Shown here one piece after another: positions 28,600 to 37,454 of a stretch of DNA of 64,000 nt (position 1 is its first letter; every line of letters starts with the position of its first letter). This DNA comes from Candidatus Rariloculaceae bacterium (GTDB taxonomy: Bacteria; Pseudomonadota; Gammaproteobacteria; Steroidobacterales; Rariloculaceae): contig OZ245000.1 of assembly GCA_965223375.1 (NCBI GenBank), forward strand, positions 2,616,582-2,680,581, given 5' to 3'. The notes under the pieces are model-generated. The model did not search any database, was not told where the DNA came from, and saw nothing but the letters and a program-made list of their open reading frames with translations. The translations under genes were made by a program, and so were the position numbers.

Positions 28600-28745
28600 A
28601 GTTTGGGGACAAGAGTTTGGGGACAGTGACCCTAATTCAGCAGGGAGTTTAGGGACAGTGACCTTAATTCACGGGGCCCCGCGTATCGGATGACTCAGGC
28701 AGTGAATTAAGGTCACTGTCCCTAAACTCCCCCCGTCCCCAAACT
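28599..28745. repeat. composite REP/MITE-like inverted-repeat element, family 1 (locus 1)
   Basis: Units read in order:
- gagtttggggac (28599-28610)
- gagtttggggacagtgaccctaattc (28613-28638)
- gagtttagggacagtgaccttaattcac (28645-28672)
- a 29-nt loop
- the exact reverse complement of the third unit (28702-28729)
- gtccccaaact (28735-28745)
The second unit matches 44784-44809 at 25 of 26 positions. Confidence 0.9.
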
Positions 28746-30003
28746 AGTCGCGCACGTAGTAGCGGAAGTTCTGGCTGTAGCGGGCGTCGGCGGTGCCGAC
28801 CGGATTGCCGTCGTCGAGCCGTGGCCGGAAATAGGCTTCGCGGACACGCCTGACGTAGTCGTCTGAGACGCGTTCCAGTTCCGGTGTCATCGATTCCATC
28901 TCGACGTTGCTCGCGCGGCCGCTCGCCGAGACGTCGAAGCGAATCGTCAGCTCGCCCCACGACCACGGATTCCGCCGCGCGCCCCGGTCGACGGCACTGA
29001 GCGGCGGGATCAGATTCAGCGGCTGGGGACTCGCGAAGATCGCGCTTGCAGTGATGCCTTCGCGTGCGTCGAGCAATGCATAGGCTTCCCGGTAGCTCGG
29101 CGTCGCCGCCTCGATACCCTCGTAGACGAGCGCCCGGTCGGCGATGACGATCAGCGCCTGCGCTCGCTCGACAGGATCGATCGTCGCCTGCTGCTCGCTG
29201 AGAATCGTCGCGAGCCGCGTGTGCGCGTCGCTCTCGTGGTCCAGCAGCAGATCGATCTGCGCGAGCCGCCGAAGCAGCGACAGCGACTGCGGGCTCAACG
29301 CGCCAAATTCGCCGTCACTGAGCTCGAGCGCGCGTCCGTACTGTTCGCGCGCGCCGCCCCGGAGCCGCGAATTATCGAGGTAGTCACCGAGGTGCGTGTG
29401 AAACGGAATGACGCGGCTGTCATCAGGCCCGAAGCGACGAATCGCGTTGTCCAGCCTTTCCAGCTGCAGATCGCGGGCCTCGACCGTGTCACCGATGCCG
29501 AGATAGGCGAGCGTCATGTCATCGATGATCGACGCCTGATCCGTGTTGAACAGGCCTTCGTTACGGCGGCTGATCGTCTGCGCTTCCTCGAACGCGATCA
29601 GCGCCTCGTCGAAACGCCTGTCGTTCAGGTAGTTGCGGCCGAGCCCCTGATAGGCGCCGATCAGGGTCGGGGAAGCCGCGCCCTCCTCGTCGGCAACTTC
29701 GTCGATAGCTTGCAGATAAACCGTTTCCGCCGACTCGAAATCCCGCAGGCCGGCATGTACCCGTGCAAGAAGCAGGCGTTCGAGTCCGACAGCCGGGTCT
29801 TCCCGCGCCTCGAGCGTTTCGACGATGCGTGTCGCGGGTTCCAGCGCCGCGGTGAAATCCTCGGCCGCGACGAGCGCGTCACGAGCCGCACGCAGCGGGC
29901 CGAGTTCGCCGTCGCCGGCGTCCTGAGCAGCGACTGCGCCGGCGGCCAGGGCTGCGCAGGCGGTAATCCGCAGACGCCAGTCAGTCGTAGCGTTTCGGGT
30001 CAT
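28744..30003 (-). CDS. exported TPR-repeat protein with TonB-C-like C-terminal domain
   Basis: ATG at 30003 with GGAG 7 nt upstream. Signal peptide MTRNATTDWRLRITACAALAAGAVAAQ. TPR-like helical repeats. C-terminus GELTIRFDVSASGRASNVEMES...YFRPRLDDGNPV resembles the TonB C-terminal fold. It is a paralogue of the upstream gene. Confidence 0.7.
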   Translation of the reverse strand: MTRNATTDWRLRITACAALAAGAVAAQDAGDGELGPLRAARDALVAAEDFTAALEPATRIVETLEAREDPAVGLERLLLARVHAGLRDFESAETVYLQAIDEVADEEGAASPTLIGAYQGLGRNYLNDRRFDEALIAFEEAQTISRRNEGLFNTDQASIIDDMTLAYLGIGDTVEARDLQLERLDNAIRRFGPDDSRVIPFHTHLGDYLDNSRLRGGAREQYGRALELSDGEFGALSPQSLSLLRRLAQIDLLLDHESDAHTRLATILSEQQATIDPVERAQALIVIADRALVYEGIEAATPSYREAYALLDAREGITASAIFASPQPLNLIPPLSAVDRGARRNPWSWGELTIRFDVSASGRASNVEMESMTPELERVSDDYVRRVREAYFRPRLDDGNPVGTADARYSQNFRYYVRD

Positions 30004-31549
30004 AGCGAAACTCCGCGCTGAACCCACGCCGTGCCGAGACGAGCCTGCCGTCGCGAATCATCGGCCGGAACCGCGATGCGCGAAACTGTCTCAGGAAAGC
30101 TTCTTCGGCGATACCGGGCGGATTCGCGTCGGTGACGTCGACTTCCGACGTCAGGCCCGACGGGAGCACCGTGAAGCGAATGATCAACTGCCCGACTGCG
30201 GCGTCTGCCGCGGTGCTGAAGCCTCGCTGACTGCGGGCCGCGAGCAGGACGAAACGCGTCGGCAGCTCGCCGAACCACTCTTCACGCAGCTCCTCGCCGT
30301 TCTCGACTTCGCCGAGCGCGCGCCACGAGTTCATGTATGCCACGCCGTCGCTGCCAAGTGGATTGAATGCTGCCTGCCAGTCACCGATGTCGCGCTCTAC
30401 CTCGGCGATCATCAGCGGGTCGGGGTCAGCCATCAGTATTTCGCGGGCCTGGCGGAGTGAGCCGATCCCGAGCGGGTGGTTTAGCGCACCGGCCCGGAAA
30501 CTGTTCGCCCGAGCCCGCAACAACGGCACGAGTTCCCTGCTGTCGTCGCCATACTGCTCGGCGACCGCGCGCTCCGTCCGCGAGTAGAGCTCCTGCTCGG
30601 TGGTGAACATGCTGTGCGCTCGCAGCCATTCGCCGTAGCGGACGACCGCGGCAACCACCTCGGCCGAATGAGGCTCGTTGCGCCGCTCGACCAGCGCCAG
30701 CGCGTCGCGCTGATAGTCGCGGGCGTCCGAGATCTCACCGAGCTCCTCGGCCGTCGCGCTCATCCGCTCGAGGATCTCGATCTGGCCGGGGTTGTGCAGG
30801 CCATTGGCGCGCCGGCTGATCGTGCGCGCCTCCTCATACGCAGGCATCGCATTGAGGTAGTCGTCAGCGGCGCGATAGACGTCGCCGAGCGCGACGTAGG
30901 GGTCGATCATTGCTTCGGCGAATGTGCCTTCCTGCTGCCGGTAGATCTCCACGGCCCGCAAGGCGTTTTCCTCGGCTGCCTCGAAGTTTCTGTCGAGCTT
31001 CAGAGCTTCGGCACCGAGCAACAGGGCGTCGGCATATGCGAGGCTGTCCGGACCGAACTCCTCGGCCGACAGCTCGTCGAGCCTTGCCGTCAAAGCCGCC
31101 GCCGCGGCGTAATCCCCGGCGGCGATCAGATCGCGTATCTCGATCTCGATTTCGAACCGGGTGACCGGCACCGGTCGCTCCGCGAGCGCCTCGGCGCCGT
31201 TTGTCAGCAACTCGCCGAGCGGGGCATCCGCAGCGCTTTCGGCCGATTCGACAGCGGCGGTCGACTCGACAGAGTCGGGTGATTCGACCGTCGGGGCAGC
31301 GGCATCTGCGGCTGCCGCGTTCGCTGCCGACTCAGCTGCCGCCGACTCAGCTGCTGCCGACTCGCCGGGGGCCGCTTCGATCGCTGCGGTCTCGGCCGCA
31401 GCCGACTCGCCGGGGTCCGCTTCGGCCGTGTCGCCGGGATCAGCCTGCTGGGCAGCCGCGGCCGCGGCCAGCAGCGCACAGACGGCAGCGCAGGCCCGGA
31501 CTCCGGCCGGCCACCGGCATTCGATCATTCGGCTGAGTGCTGCAGTCAT
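29981..31549 (-). CDS. exported TPR-repeat protein with TonB-C-like C-terminal domain (paralogue)
   Basis: Signal peptide followed by a ~100-aa acidic Ala/Glu/Ser low-complexity region (ESAAAETAAIEAAPGESAAAESAAAES...). TPR-like repeats. C-terminus GQLIIRFTVLPSGLTSEVDVTDANP...FRPMIRDGRLV. Confidence 0.7.
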   Translation of the reverse strand: MTAALSRMIECRWPAGVRACAAVCALLAAAAAAQQADPGDTAEADPGESAAAETAAIEAAPGESAAAESAAAESAANAAAADAAAPTVESPDSVESTAAVESAESAADAPLGELLTNGAEALAERPVPVTRFEIEIEIRDLIAAGDYAAAAALTARLDELSAEEFGPDSLAYADALLLGAEALKLDRNFEAAEENALRAVEIYRQQEGTFAEAMIDPYVALGDVYRAADDYLNAMPAYEEARTISRRANGLHNPGQIEILERMSATAEELGEISDARDYQRDALALVERRNEPHSAEVVAAVVRYGEWLRAHSMFTTEQELYSRTERAVAEQYGDDSRELVPLLRARANSFRAGALNHPLGIGSLRQAREILMADPDPLMIAEVERDIGDWQAAFNPLGSDGVAYMNSWRALGEVENGEELREEWFGELPTRFVLLAARSQRGFSTAADAAVGQLIIRFTVLPSGLTSEVDVTDANPPGIAEEAFLRQFRASRFRPMIRDGRLVSARRGFSAEFRYDPKRYD

Positions 31550-31645
31550 GCTGCCTGATTCTATCCAAAGTCGGCACCGGGGGCGCGGCCGTCACCCCGT
31601 GTCGCAGGCCCGGCTCGGCCGGGGCTGCCGACGGTGCCGGGCGGC

Positions 31646-31673
31646 TTGTCCGCGGTGGGGCGCGCACTATAAT
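31646..31673 (+). promoter_or_regulatory. possible sigma-70 promoter (TTGTCC-N16-TATAAT)
   Basis: Consensus -10 TATAAT (31668-31673) embedded in a GGCGCGC...GCGCGCC palindrome. ttgtcc lies 16 nt upstream. About 140 nt upstream of the ATG at 31817. Confidence 0.4.
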
Positions 31674-31816
31674 GGCGCGCCACGATGAGGCGTAACCGCG
31701 AGCCGCTATCTGTCCTGTTCCCGGCGAACGGTTCCGGGTTCATTGGCGGTCACGCACCGAGCCGCATGCCCGGTCAGCCCTTGCCGCCGCGCCTTCCCTT
31801 CAGGACGCGCTGATCG

Positions 31817-33631
31817 ATGCAACCCACGGACCTGGACGAGGCCGAGCACTATCACCGGGTCGTGGACTGTCAGTGGGCTTGTCCCGCTCACACCGACGTA
31901 CCTGAATACATCCGATTGATCGCCCAGGGTCGCTTCGACGATGCGTACCTGCTGAATCGCCATTCGAACGTTTTCCCGGGAATACTCGGTCGCGTCTGCG
32001 ATCGCCCGTGCGAGCCCGCCTGTCGGCGCGGACGCGTCGAGGATCAGCCGGTGGCGATCTGCCGTCTGAAGCGTGTCGCGGCGGACAATCGCGGTGACAT
32101 CGAGGCCCGGCTGCCGCAGCCGGCCGGACGCAAGCTCGGGCGGCGAATCGCTCTGATCGGTGCCGGGTGCGCATCGCTGACGGTCGCGAACGACCTCCTC
32201 CCGCTCGGCTACGACTGCGTGATGTTCGAATCGCAGCCCGCTCCCGGCGGACTGATGCGAACCAACATCCCTTCATTCCGGCTGCCCGCCCGCGTGCTGG
32301 ACGAGGAGATCGGCTATATCACGCGGCTGGGTGTCGATCTGCGGCTGAATCACCCGATCACGAGTCTCGCCGGTTTACTCGAGCAGGAATTCGACGCCGT
32401 TTTTGTCGGTAGCGGGGCGCCAAAAGGCAAAGACCTCGAGCTGCCGGGGCGCCGCGACTCGGACCGCATTCACATCGGCATCGACTGGCTCGAGTCGATT
32501 GCTTTCGGCCATACGACCGAGGTCGGGCGACGAGTGCTGATCATCGGCGTCGGCAACACCGCAATGGACTGCTGCCGCAGCGCGTTGCGGCTGGGCGCCC
32601 GCGACGTGCGGGTAATGGCCCGCAAGCCGCGCGCGTTCTTCAAGGCCTCGGACTGGGAGCTCGAGGACGCCGAGGAGGAGCGCGTCGAGATCGTCGTCAA
32701 TCATTCGCCGAAGGCGTTCGTCATCGAGGACGGCGAGCTGACCGGAATGCGCTTCGAGAGGCTGCAGTACGACATCGATGCCGACGGCCGCATCCGCGGC
32801 AGTTCGGTCATCGATGAGGTCGTGATTCCCTGCGACGATGTGGTGCTCGCGATCGGGCAGGACAACGCTTTTCCATGGGTCGAACGCGATCTCGGGATCG
32901 ACTTCGACAAGTGGGGAATACCGATCGTCGACGAGCGAACGTTTCAGTCGACCCGGCCCGGCGTCTTTTTCGGTGGCGATGCAGCCTTCGGCCCGAAGAA
33001 CATCATCTGGGCGGTCGAGCACGGCCATCAGGCGGCCATCTCTATTCACCGCTACTGCGATGGCGAGTCGCCGGAGGAGCGGCTGCCACGCGGCATGAAC
33101 CTGTCGACGGCGAAGATGGGCATTCACGAGTGGGGTTACAGCAATGACTTCGATGCCGCCGAGCGACGGATCATGCCGCACGTCGATCTCAAGGAGCGGT
33201 TCCGCAAGCTCGACATCGAGGTCGAGCTCGGGTTTTCGGCCGAACAGGCGGCGACAGAAGTGGAGCGCTGCCTGAACTGCGATCTGCACACGGTGTTCAC
33301 CGCGGATCTCTGCATCGAGTGCGATGCCTGCATCGACATCTGCCCGGTGGATTGTCTGACGATTACCCCGAACGCCGATGCGGCCGCGATCGATGCGGCA
33401 CTGAAGACGCCGCGGCAGGAGCCGGATCAGCCGCTCTTCGTCTCGGCCGGGCTGAAGCAAACCGGCCGGGTCATGGTCAAGGACGAGAACTTCTGCATCC
33501 ACTGCGGCCTTTGCGCCGAGCGCTGCCCGACGGGCGCCTGGGACATGCAGAAAGGCACGGTAACGATCCCTTATGCGGCCGACGAGGCCGGTCAGAGCAG
33601 GAAAACGTGGCAGCAACGGGCAGCAGGCTGA
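31817..33631 (+). CDS. GltD-like NAD(P)H flavoprotein fused to a 2x[4Fe-4S] ferredoxin domain (KorC-like)
   Basis: N-terminal Cys cluster (CQWACPAHTD...CDRPCEPAC). IALIGAGCASLTVA and VLIIGVGNTAMDC dinucleotide folds. GVFFGGDA. C-terminal CIECDACIDICP and CIHCGLCAERCP. Confidence 0.85.
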   Translation: MQPTDLDEAEHYHRVVDCQWACPAHTDVPEYIRLIAQGRFDDAYLLNRHSNVFPGILGRVCDRPCEPACRRGRVEDQPVAICRLKRVAADNRGDIEARLPQPAGRKLGRRIALIGAGCASLTVANDLLPLGYDCVMFESQPAPGGLMRTNIPSFRLPARVLDEEIGYITRLGVDLRLNHPITSLAGLLEQEFDAVFVGSGAPKGKDLELPGRRDSDRIHIGIDWLESIAFGHTTEVGRRVLIIGVGNTAMDCCRSALRLGARDVRVMARKPRAFFKASDWELEDAEEERVEIVVNHSPKAFVIEDGELTGMRFERLQYDIDADGRIRGSSVIDEVVIPCDDVVLAIGQDNAFPWVERDLGIDFDKWGIPIVDERTFQSTRPGVFFGGDAAFGPKNIIWAVEHGHQAAISIHRYCDGESPEERLPRGMNLSTAKMGIHEWGYSNDFDAAERRIMPHVDLKERFRKLDIEVELGFSAEQAATEVERCLNCDLHTVFTADLCIECDACIDICPVDCLTITPNADAAAIDAALKTPRQEPDQPLFVSAGLKQTGRVMVKDENFCIHCGLCAERCPTGAWDMQKGTVTIPYAADEAGQSRKTWQQRAAG

Positions 33632-35424
33632 ACGATTTCGTATTGAAGATCGCCAACGTCAACGGTACGGGTTCGGCGAGCGCCAATACGCTTCTGATGA
33701 AGGCGATCTTTCGGATGGGAATTCCCGTTTCCGGCAAGAATTTCTTTCCGTCGAACATTCAGGGTTTACCGACCTGGTACGAGATCCGCGTCAATCGGTC
33801 CGGCTTCGTCGCGCGCTCGGGCGAGGTCGACATCATGGTCGCGATGAACGCCCGGACCTACGCGCAGGATCTCGCCGAAGTCACTCCCGGCGGCATCTTT
33901 CTCTACGACTCCACGTGGCCTCGCGATCGGCAGCTGGCCCGGTCCGATGTGATGATCTGCGGCGTGCCGTTCGCCAAGCTCTGCAACGAGAAATTCTCGA
34001 CGGCCCGGACCCGGATACTGATGAAGAACATGGCTTACGTCGGGGCGCTGGCGGCGCTGCTCGACATCGAAATGGAAGTCATCGAGGAACTGGTTCGGGA
34101 GACGTTTGCCGGCAAGCCGAAGCTCGTCGGGCCGAACATGGAAGCTCTGGAAATCGGTCGGCAATTCGCGCTGGAGCATTTCGAGTGCCCGCTTCGCACA
34201 CGGCTGCGCCGGCTCGATAAGACGGCCGGCAAGATCATGATCGACGGCAACACCGCCGCCGCGCTCGGCTGTGTGTACGCGGGGGCGACGATTGGAGCCT
34301 GGTACCCGATCACGCCGTCGACGTCGCTGATGGATGCGTTCGCCGCATTCTGTGCACGCTATCGGATCGATCCCGAAACGGGCGAGCGGCGTTATTGCAT
34401 CATGCAGGCCGAGGACGAGCTCGCGGCCATCGGGATGGTGCTCGGCGCGACATGGAACGGTGCGCGCGCGTTCACGTCGACGTCGGGGCCGGGACTCTCG
34501 CTGATGAGCGAATTCATCGGCTTTGCCTATTTCGCGGAGCTGCCCGCAGTCATCTTCGACGTTCAGCGCGTCGGTCCGTCTACCGGCATGCCGACGCGCA
34601 CGCAGCAGGGTGAGATTCTCGCCGCGGCCTATGCCTCACATGGCGACACGCGCCACGTGCTGCTCTTTCCGGCCGACCCGAAGGAGTGCTTCGAGCTCGC
34701 AGTCGAGGCGTTCGATCTCGCGGACAGGCTTCAGACGCCCGTCATCGTGCTGACCGACCTCGACATCGGCATGAACGACTGGATGGTGGACGAGCTCGAG
34801 TGGGACCCGGCCTATGTCCCGGACCGCGGTGCCGTGCTCGACGCGGATGCAATCGAGAAGATCGGCCGGTTCTTCCGCTACGACGACCCCGACGGCGACG
34901 GCATTGCGAGCCGCACGCTGCCAGGCGAGCATCCGGACGGCGCCTATTTCGTCCGCGGCAGCGGGCACAACCGCTTCGGCTATTACACCGAGGATGCCGG
35001 CGAGTACCGGGAGACCGTCGAGCGGCTGTTGACCAAGTGGGAGACGGCGCGAAAAGCGGTTCCCGCACCCGTGCTCTCACCGCGGCGGCCGCGGGCGAAA
35101 TGGGGTGTCGTTGCAGTCGGCAGCAGCGATCCGGCGGTTCGGGAGGCGATTGCACGGCTCGCGAAGGACGGGATCGACCTCGACTACTGCCGCATCCGCG
35201 CGTTTCCGTTCGATGACCGGGTGATACGTTTTCTCGAGCGCCACGAACGCGTTTTCGTCGTCGAGCAGAATCGTGACGCGCAGCTGCTGAAGCTGATCTG
35301 CGCCGAAACGGACTACCCGAAAGCGCGGCTGTCTTCGATTCTGAGCTACGACGGTCTGCCGATCAGCTACTCGTGCATCGTCGATGCGATAGCCGCCGCC
35401 CTCGGACGGGAGGCCGCGGCATGA
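33607..35424 (+). CDS. korA: 2-oxoacid:ferredoxin (acceptor) oxidoreductase, alpha subunit
   Basis: There is no ATG before conserved sequence. The in-frame GTG at 33607 follows GCAGGAAAAC, and this start overlaps the upstream gene by 25 nt. NDFVLKIANVNGTGSASANTLLMKAIFRMGIPVSGKNFFPSNIQGLPTWYEIRV (gamma-type domain), then GNTAAALGCVYAGATIGAWYPITPST. Confidence 0.85.
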   Translation: MAATGSRLNDFVLKIANVNGTGSASANTLLMKAIFRMGIPVSGKNFFPSNIQGLPTWYEIRVNRSGFVARSGEVDIMVAMNARTYAQDLAEVTPGGIFLYDSTWPRDRQLARSDVMICGVPFAKLCNEKFSTARTRILMKNMAYVGALAALLDIEMEVIEELVRETFAGKPKLVGPNMEALEIGRQFALEHFECPLRTRLRRLDKTAGKIMIDGNTAAALGCVYAGATIGAWYPITPSTSLMDAFAAFCARYRIDPETGERRYCIMQAEDELAAIGMVLGATWNGARAFTSTSGPGLSLMSEFIGFAYFAELPAVIFDVQRVGPSTGMPTRTQQGEILAAAYASHGDTRHVLLFPADPKECFELAVEAFDLADRLQTPVIVLTDLDIGMNDWMVDELEWDPAYVPDRGAVLDADAIEKIGRFFRYDDPDGDGIASRTLPGEHPDGAYFVRGSGHNRFGYYTEDAGEYRETVERLLTKWETARKAVPAPVLSPRRPRAKWGVVAVGSSDPAVREAIARLAKDGIDLDYCRIRAFPFDDRVIRFLERHERVFVVEQNRDAQLLKLICAETDYPKARLSSILSYDGLPISYSCIVDAIAAALGREAAA

Positions 35425-36476
35425 CCTCGATCGTGAAGCCGAAGATTCTGCACGCCGGACTCGAGCGCAACGAGCTCGGTCTGACGATTCGCGACTATGA
35501 AGGCGGCATGTCGACCCTGTGCGCCGGCTGCGGGCACGACTCGGTCACGGCGGCGATCGTACAGGCCTGCTTCGAGTTGTCACTCCCGGCCGAAGGTGTC
35601 GGTAAGCTGAGCGGCATCGGCTGCTCGTCGAAGACACCTGCGTACTTTCTCGGCAAATCGCACGGTTTCAATTCCGTGCACGGGCGAATGCCGTCGATCG
35701 CGACTGGCGCCTCGGCGGCCAACCGGGATCTGCATCTGATCGGCATCTCCGGTGACGGCGATTCGCTATCGATCGGTTTCGGGCAGTTTGCCCACGCGGT
35801 CCGCCGCAATCTGGACATGCTCTACATCATCGAGAACAACGGCGTCTACGGGCTGACGAAGGGCCAGTTCTCGGCATCCGCGGACTTCGGCTCGCGCGCG
35901 AAGCGCGGCGAGGAGAACCGTCAGCCGCCAATCGACTCCGTGCAAATGGCGATGGCCCTGGGCGGCACGTTCGTCGCGCGCAGCTTCTCCGGGGACAAGG
36001 AGCAGCTCGTGCCCCTGATCAAAGCGGGTCTGAGCCATCGCGGCTTCGCGCTGCTCGACGTGATTTCGCCGTGTGTGACGTTCAACGATCACGAGGGTTC
36101 GACGAAGAGTTACGCCTATACCCGCGACCACTACCATCCGGTCGTAAACGCGGATTTCGTTCCTCCGGCGGAGGAAATCCGGGCCGCGTACGACGCCGGG
36201 GAGGCGATGCCGATCGAGCTGCATGACGGCAGCCGGCTCGTGCTGAGAAAGGTCGCCCAGGACTACGAGCTCCACAACCGCGGGATGGCCGTCGAGTACA
36301 TCCGTAGCTGCCAGAATCGCGGCGAGATCGTGACCGGTCTGCTGTATGTCAATGAATCCGAGCCCGATCTCCACGGCATCAATGGCACCGTCGCGGCGCC
36401 CCTCGGTCGGCTGCCGCTCGATGCGCTCTGCCCCGGCGCGGCGGCTCTGGAGAGCGTGAACGCGGACTTTCGCTGA
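35421..36476 (+). CDS. korB: 2-oxoacid:ferredoxin oxidoreductase, beta (TPP-binding) subunit
   Basis: ATGA overlap with korA. LCAGCGHDSV, GISGDGDSLSIG (GDG TPP motif), IIENNGVYGLTKGQ. Confidence 0.9.
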   Translation: MTSIVKPKILHAGLERNELGLTIRDYEGGMSTLCAGCGHDSVTAAIVQACFELSLPAEGVGKLSGIGCSSKTPAYFLGKSHGFNSVHGRMPSIATGASAANRDLHLIGISGDGDSLSIGFGQFAHAVRRNLDMLYIIENNGVYGLTKGQFSASADFGSRAKRGEENRQPPIDSVQMAMALGGTFVARSFSGDKEQLVPLIKAGLSHRGFALLDVISPCVTFNDHEGSTKSYAYTRDHYHPVVNADFVPPAEEIRAAYDAGEAMPIELHDGSRLVLRKVAQDYELHNRGMAVEYIRSCQNRGEIVTGLLYVNESEPDLHGINGTVAAPLGRLPLDALCPGAAALESVNADFR

Positions 36477-36566
36477 CGCCGTCGGGCACCCCGTTTGTGA
36501 CACAGGTCCGCGCAGCCGCGGATCGCGGGCGGCATCCTGTCCGAGGGTGCATGCGGGCGGCGGGAA

Positions 36567-37454
36567 ATGGACAGCGATTCGAGGGACGAGCTCAAAGAGC
36601 GACTGCTGACGCTGCTGGCGGAGTGCGGCGCGGAGCTGTCGGGCGTTTTCGACCGGTTCGATGTGCAGGAAGCGGAGCTGGAACGGCTGCAGTCCCTCCG
36701 GGCCGAGGAAGAGCAGCAGCTGCAGGCGCTGACCGAAAAGGCCGAAGGTCACGAGAACCTGATCGAGGTGCTGCGCGCCGAGGCCGAAGAAACGCACTCA
36801 CTCGCTGAAACCGTGCGGGAGCGCGATCAGGAGGTCGAACGCCTACGTTCCGAGCTCGAAAGCAAACAGGAGCTGGTGACGGCGCTCCGCCGCGACAAGA
36901 GCGGCAACGAGGAACTGCAGGCGCAGCTGCACGAACGTGATGACGAGCTGACGCAGTTGCGCGAGCAGCTCGCGGCCGCTGAGGATCGCGCCAGTCAGCT
37001 CGAGCGCGAGCGCGACGAGCTCGAGGCCGACGCCGCCAGCGAAGCAGCCGAGGAATGGGCGGAAACGTCCGCTCTCAGGACGGAGCTCGAAGCGCGCAAG
37101 GCGCTGATCAGAAGCCTGCGTGCCGATGCCGAGCGGGTCGACAGACTGCAGCAGGAGATCGAGTCCAAACGCGACATCATTGTCGAGCTCGAAGCCCTGA
37201 TCGATCAGCATGTGGAGACGATCGCGGGCCTGCGACGCAACAGCGACATGTGGCGGCGCAAGTATCAGATGCTCCGGGGTGGCGGCACGGAAACATCCAC
37301 GTCGGTTGCTGCGGCGCCGGATACCGACTTCGACGTCATCGGGATGATCGAGGACGCTGCCGGCGGCGAGCACGACAACACGGTCGCCATCGACGTCAAG
37401 GTGCCGTTGAGCGAAGCACGCAAGCGCGCCGCAGGCACCCGCAGCAACGACTAG
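36567..37454 (+). CDS. coiled-coil protein, function unknown
   Basis: 295 aa, E/R/L/Q-rich heptad-like sequence throughout (QEAELERLQSLRAEEEQQLQALTEKAEG...). Coding-like GC3. Confidence 0.6.
   Translation: MDSDSRDELKERLLTLLAECGAELSGVFDRFDVQEAELERLQSLRAEEEQQLQALTEKAEGHENLIEVLRAEAEETHSLAETVRERDQEVERLRSELESKQELVTALRRDKSGNEELQAQLHERDDELTQLREQLAAAEDRASQLERERDELEADAASEAAEEWAETSALRTELEARKALIRSLRADAERVDRLQQEIESKRDIIVELEALIDQHVETIAGLRRNSDMWRRKYQMLRGGGTETSTSVAAAPDTDFDVIGMIEDAAGGEHDNTVAIDVKVPLSEARKRAAGTRSND

Noticed and set aside
28599-28745. Whether the repeated 26-28-nt units could be a small CRISPR array.
   Set aside because: There are only three forward units with 2-6 nt between them, so no spacers. 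The partner copies are inverted rather than direct. The same unit forms a simple hairpin at 44784-44868, and there are no cas genes. This behaves as a REP/MITE-like palindrome.
31161-31688. Ala/Ser-rich 175-aa plus-strand ORF overlapping the 5' part of the TPR gene.
   Set aside because: It is the antisense reading of the acidic Ala/Glu/Ser low-complexity repeat, with no independent support.
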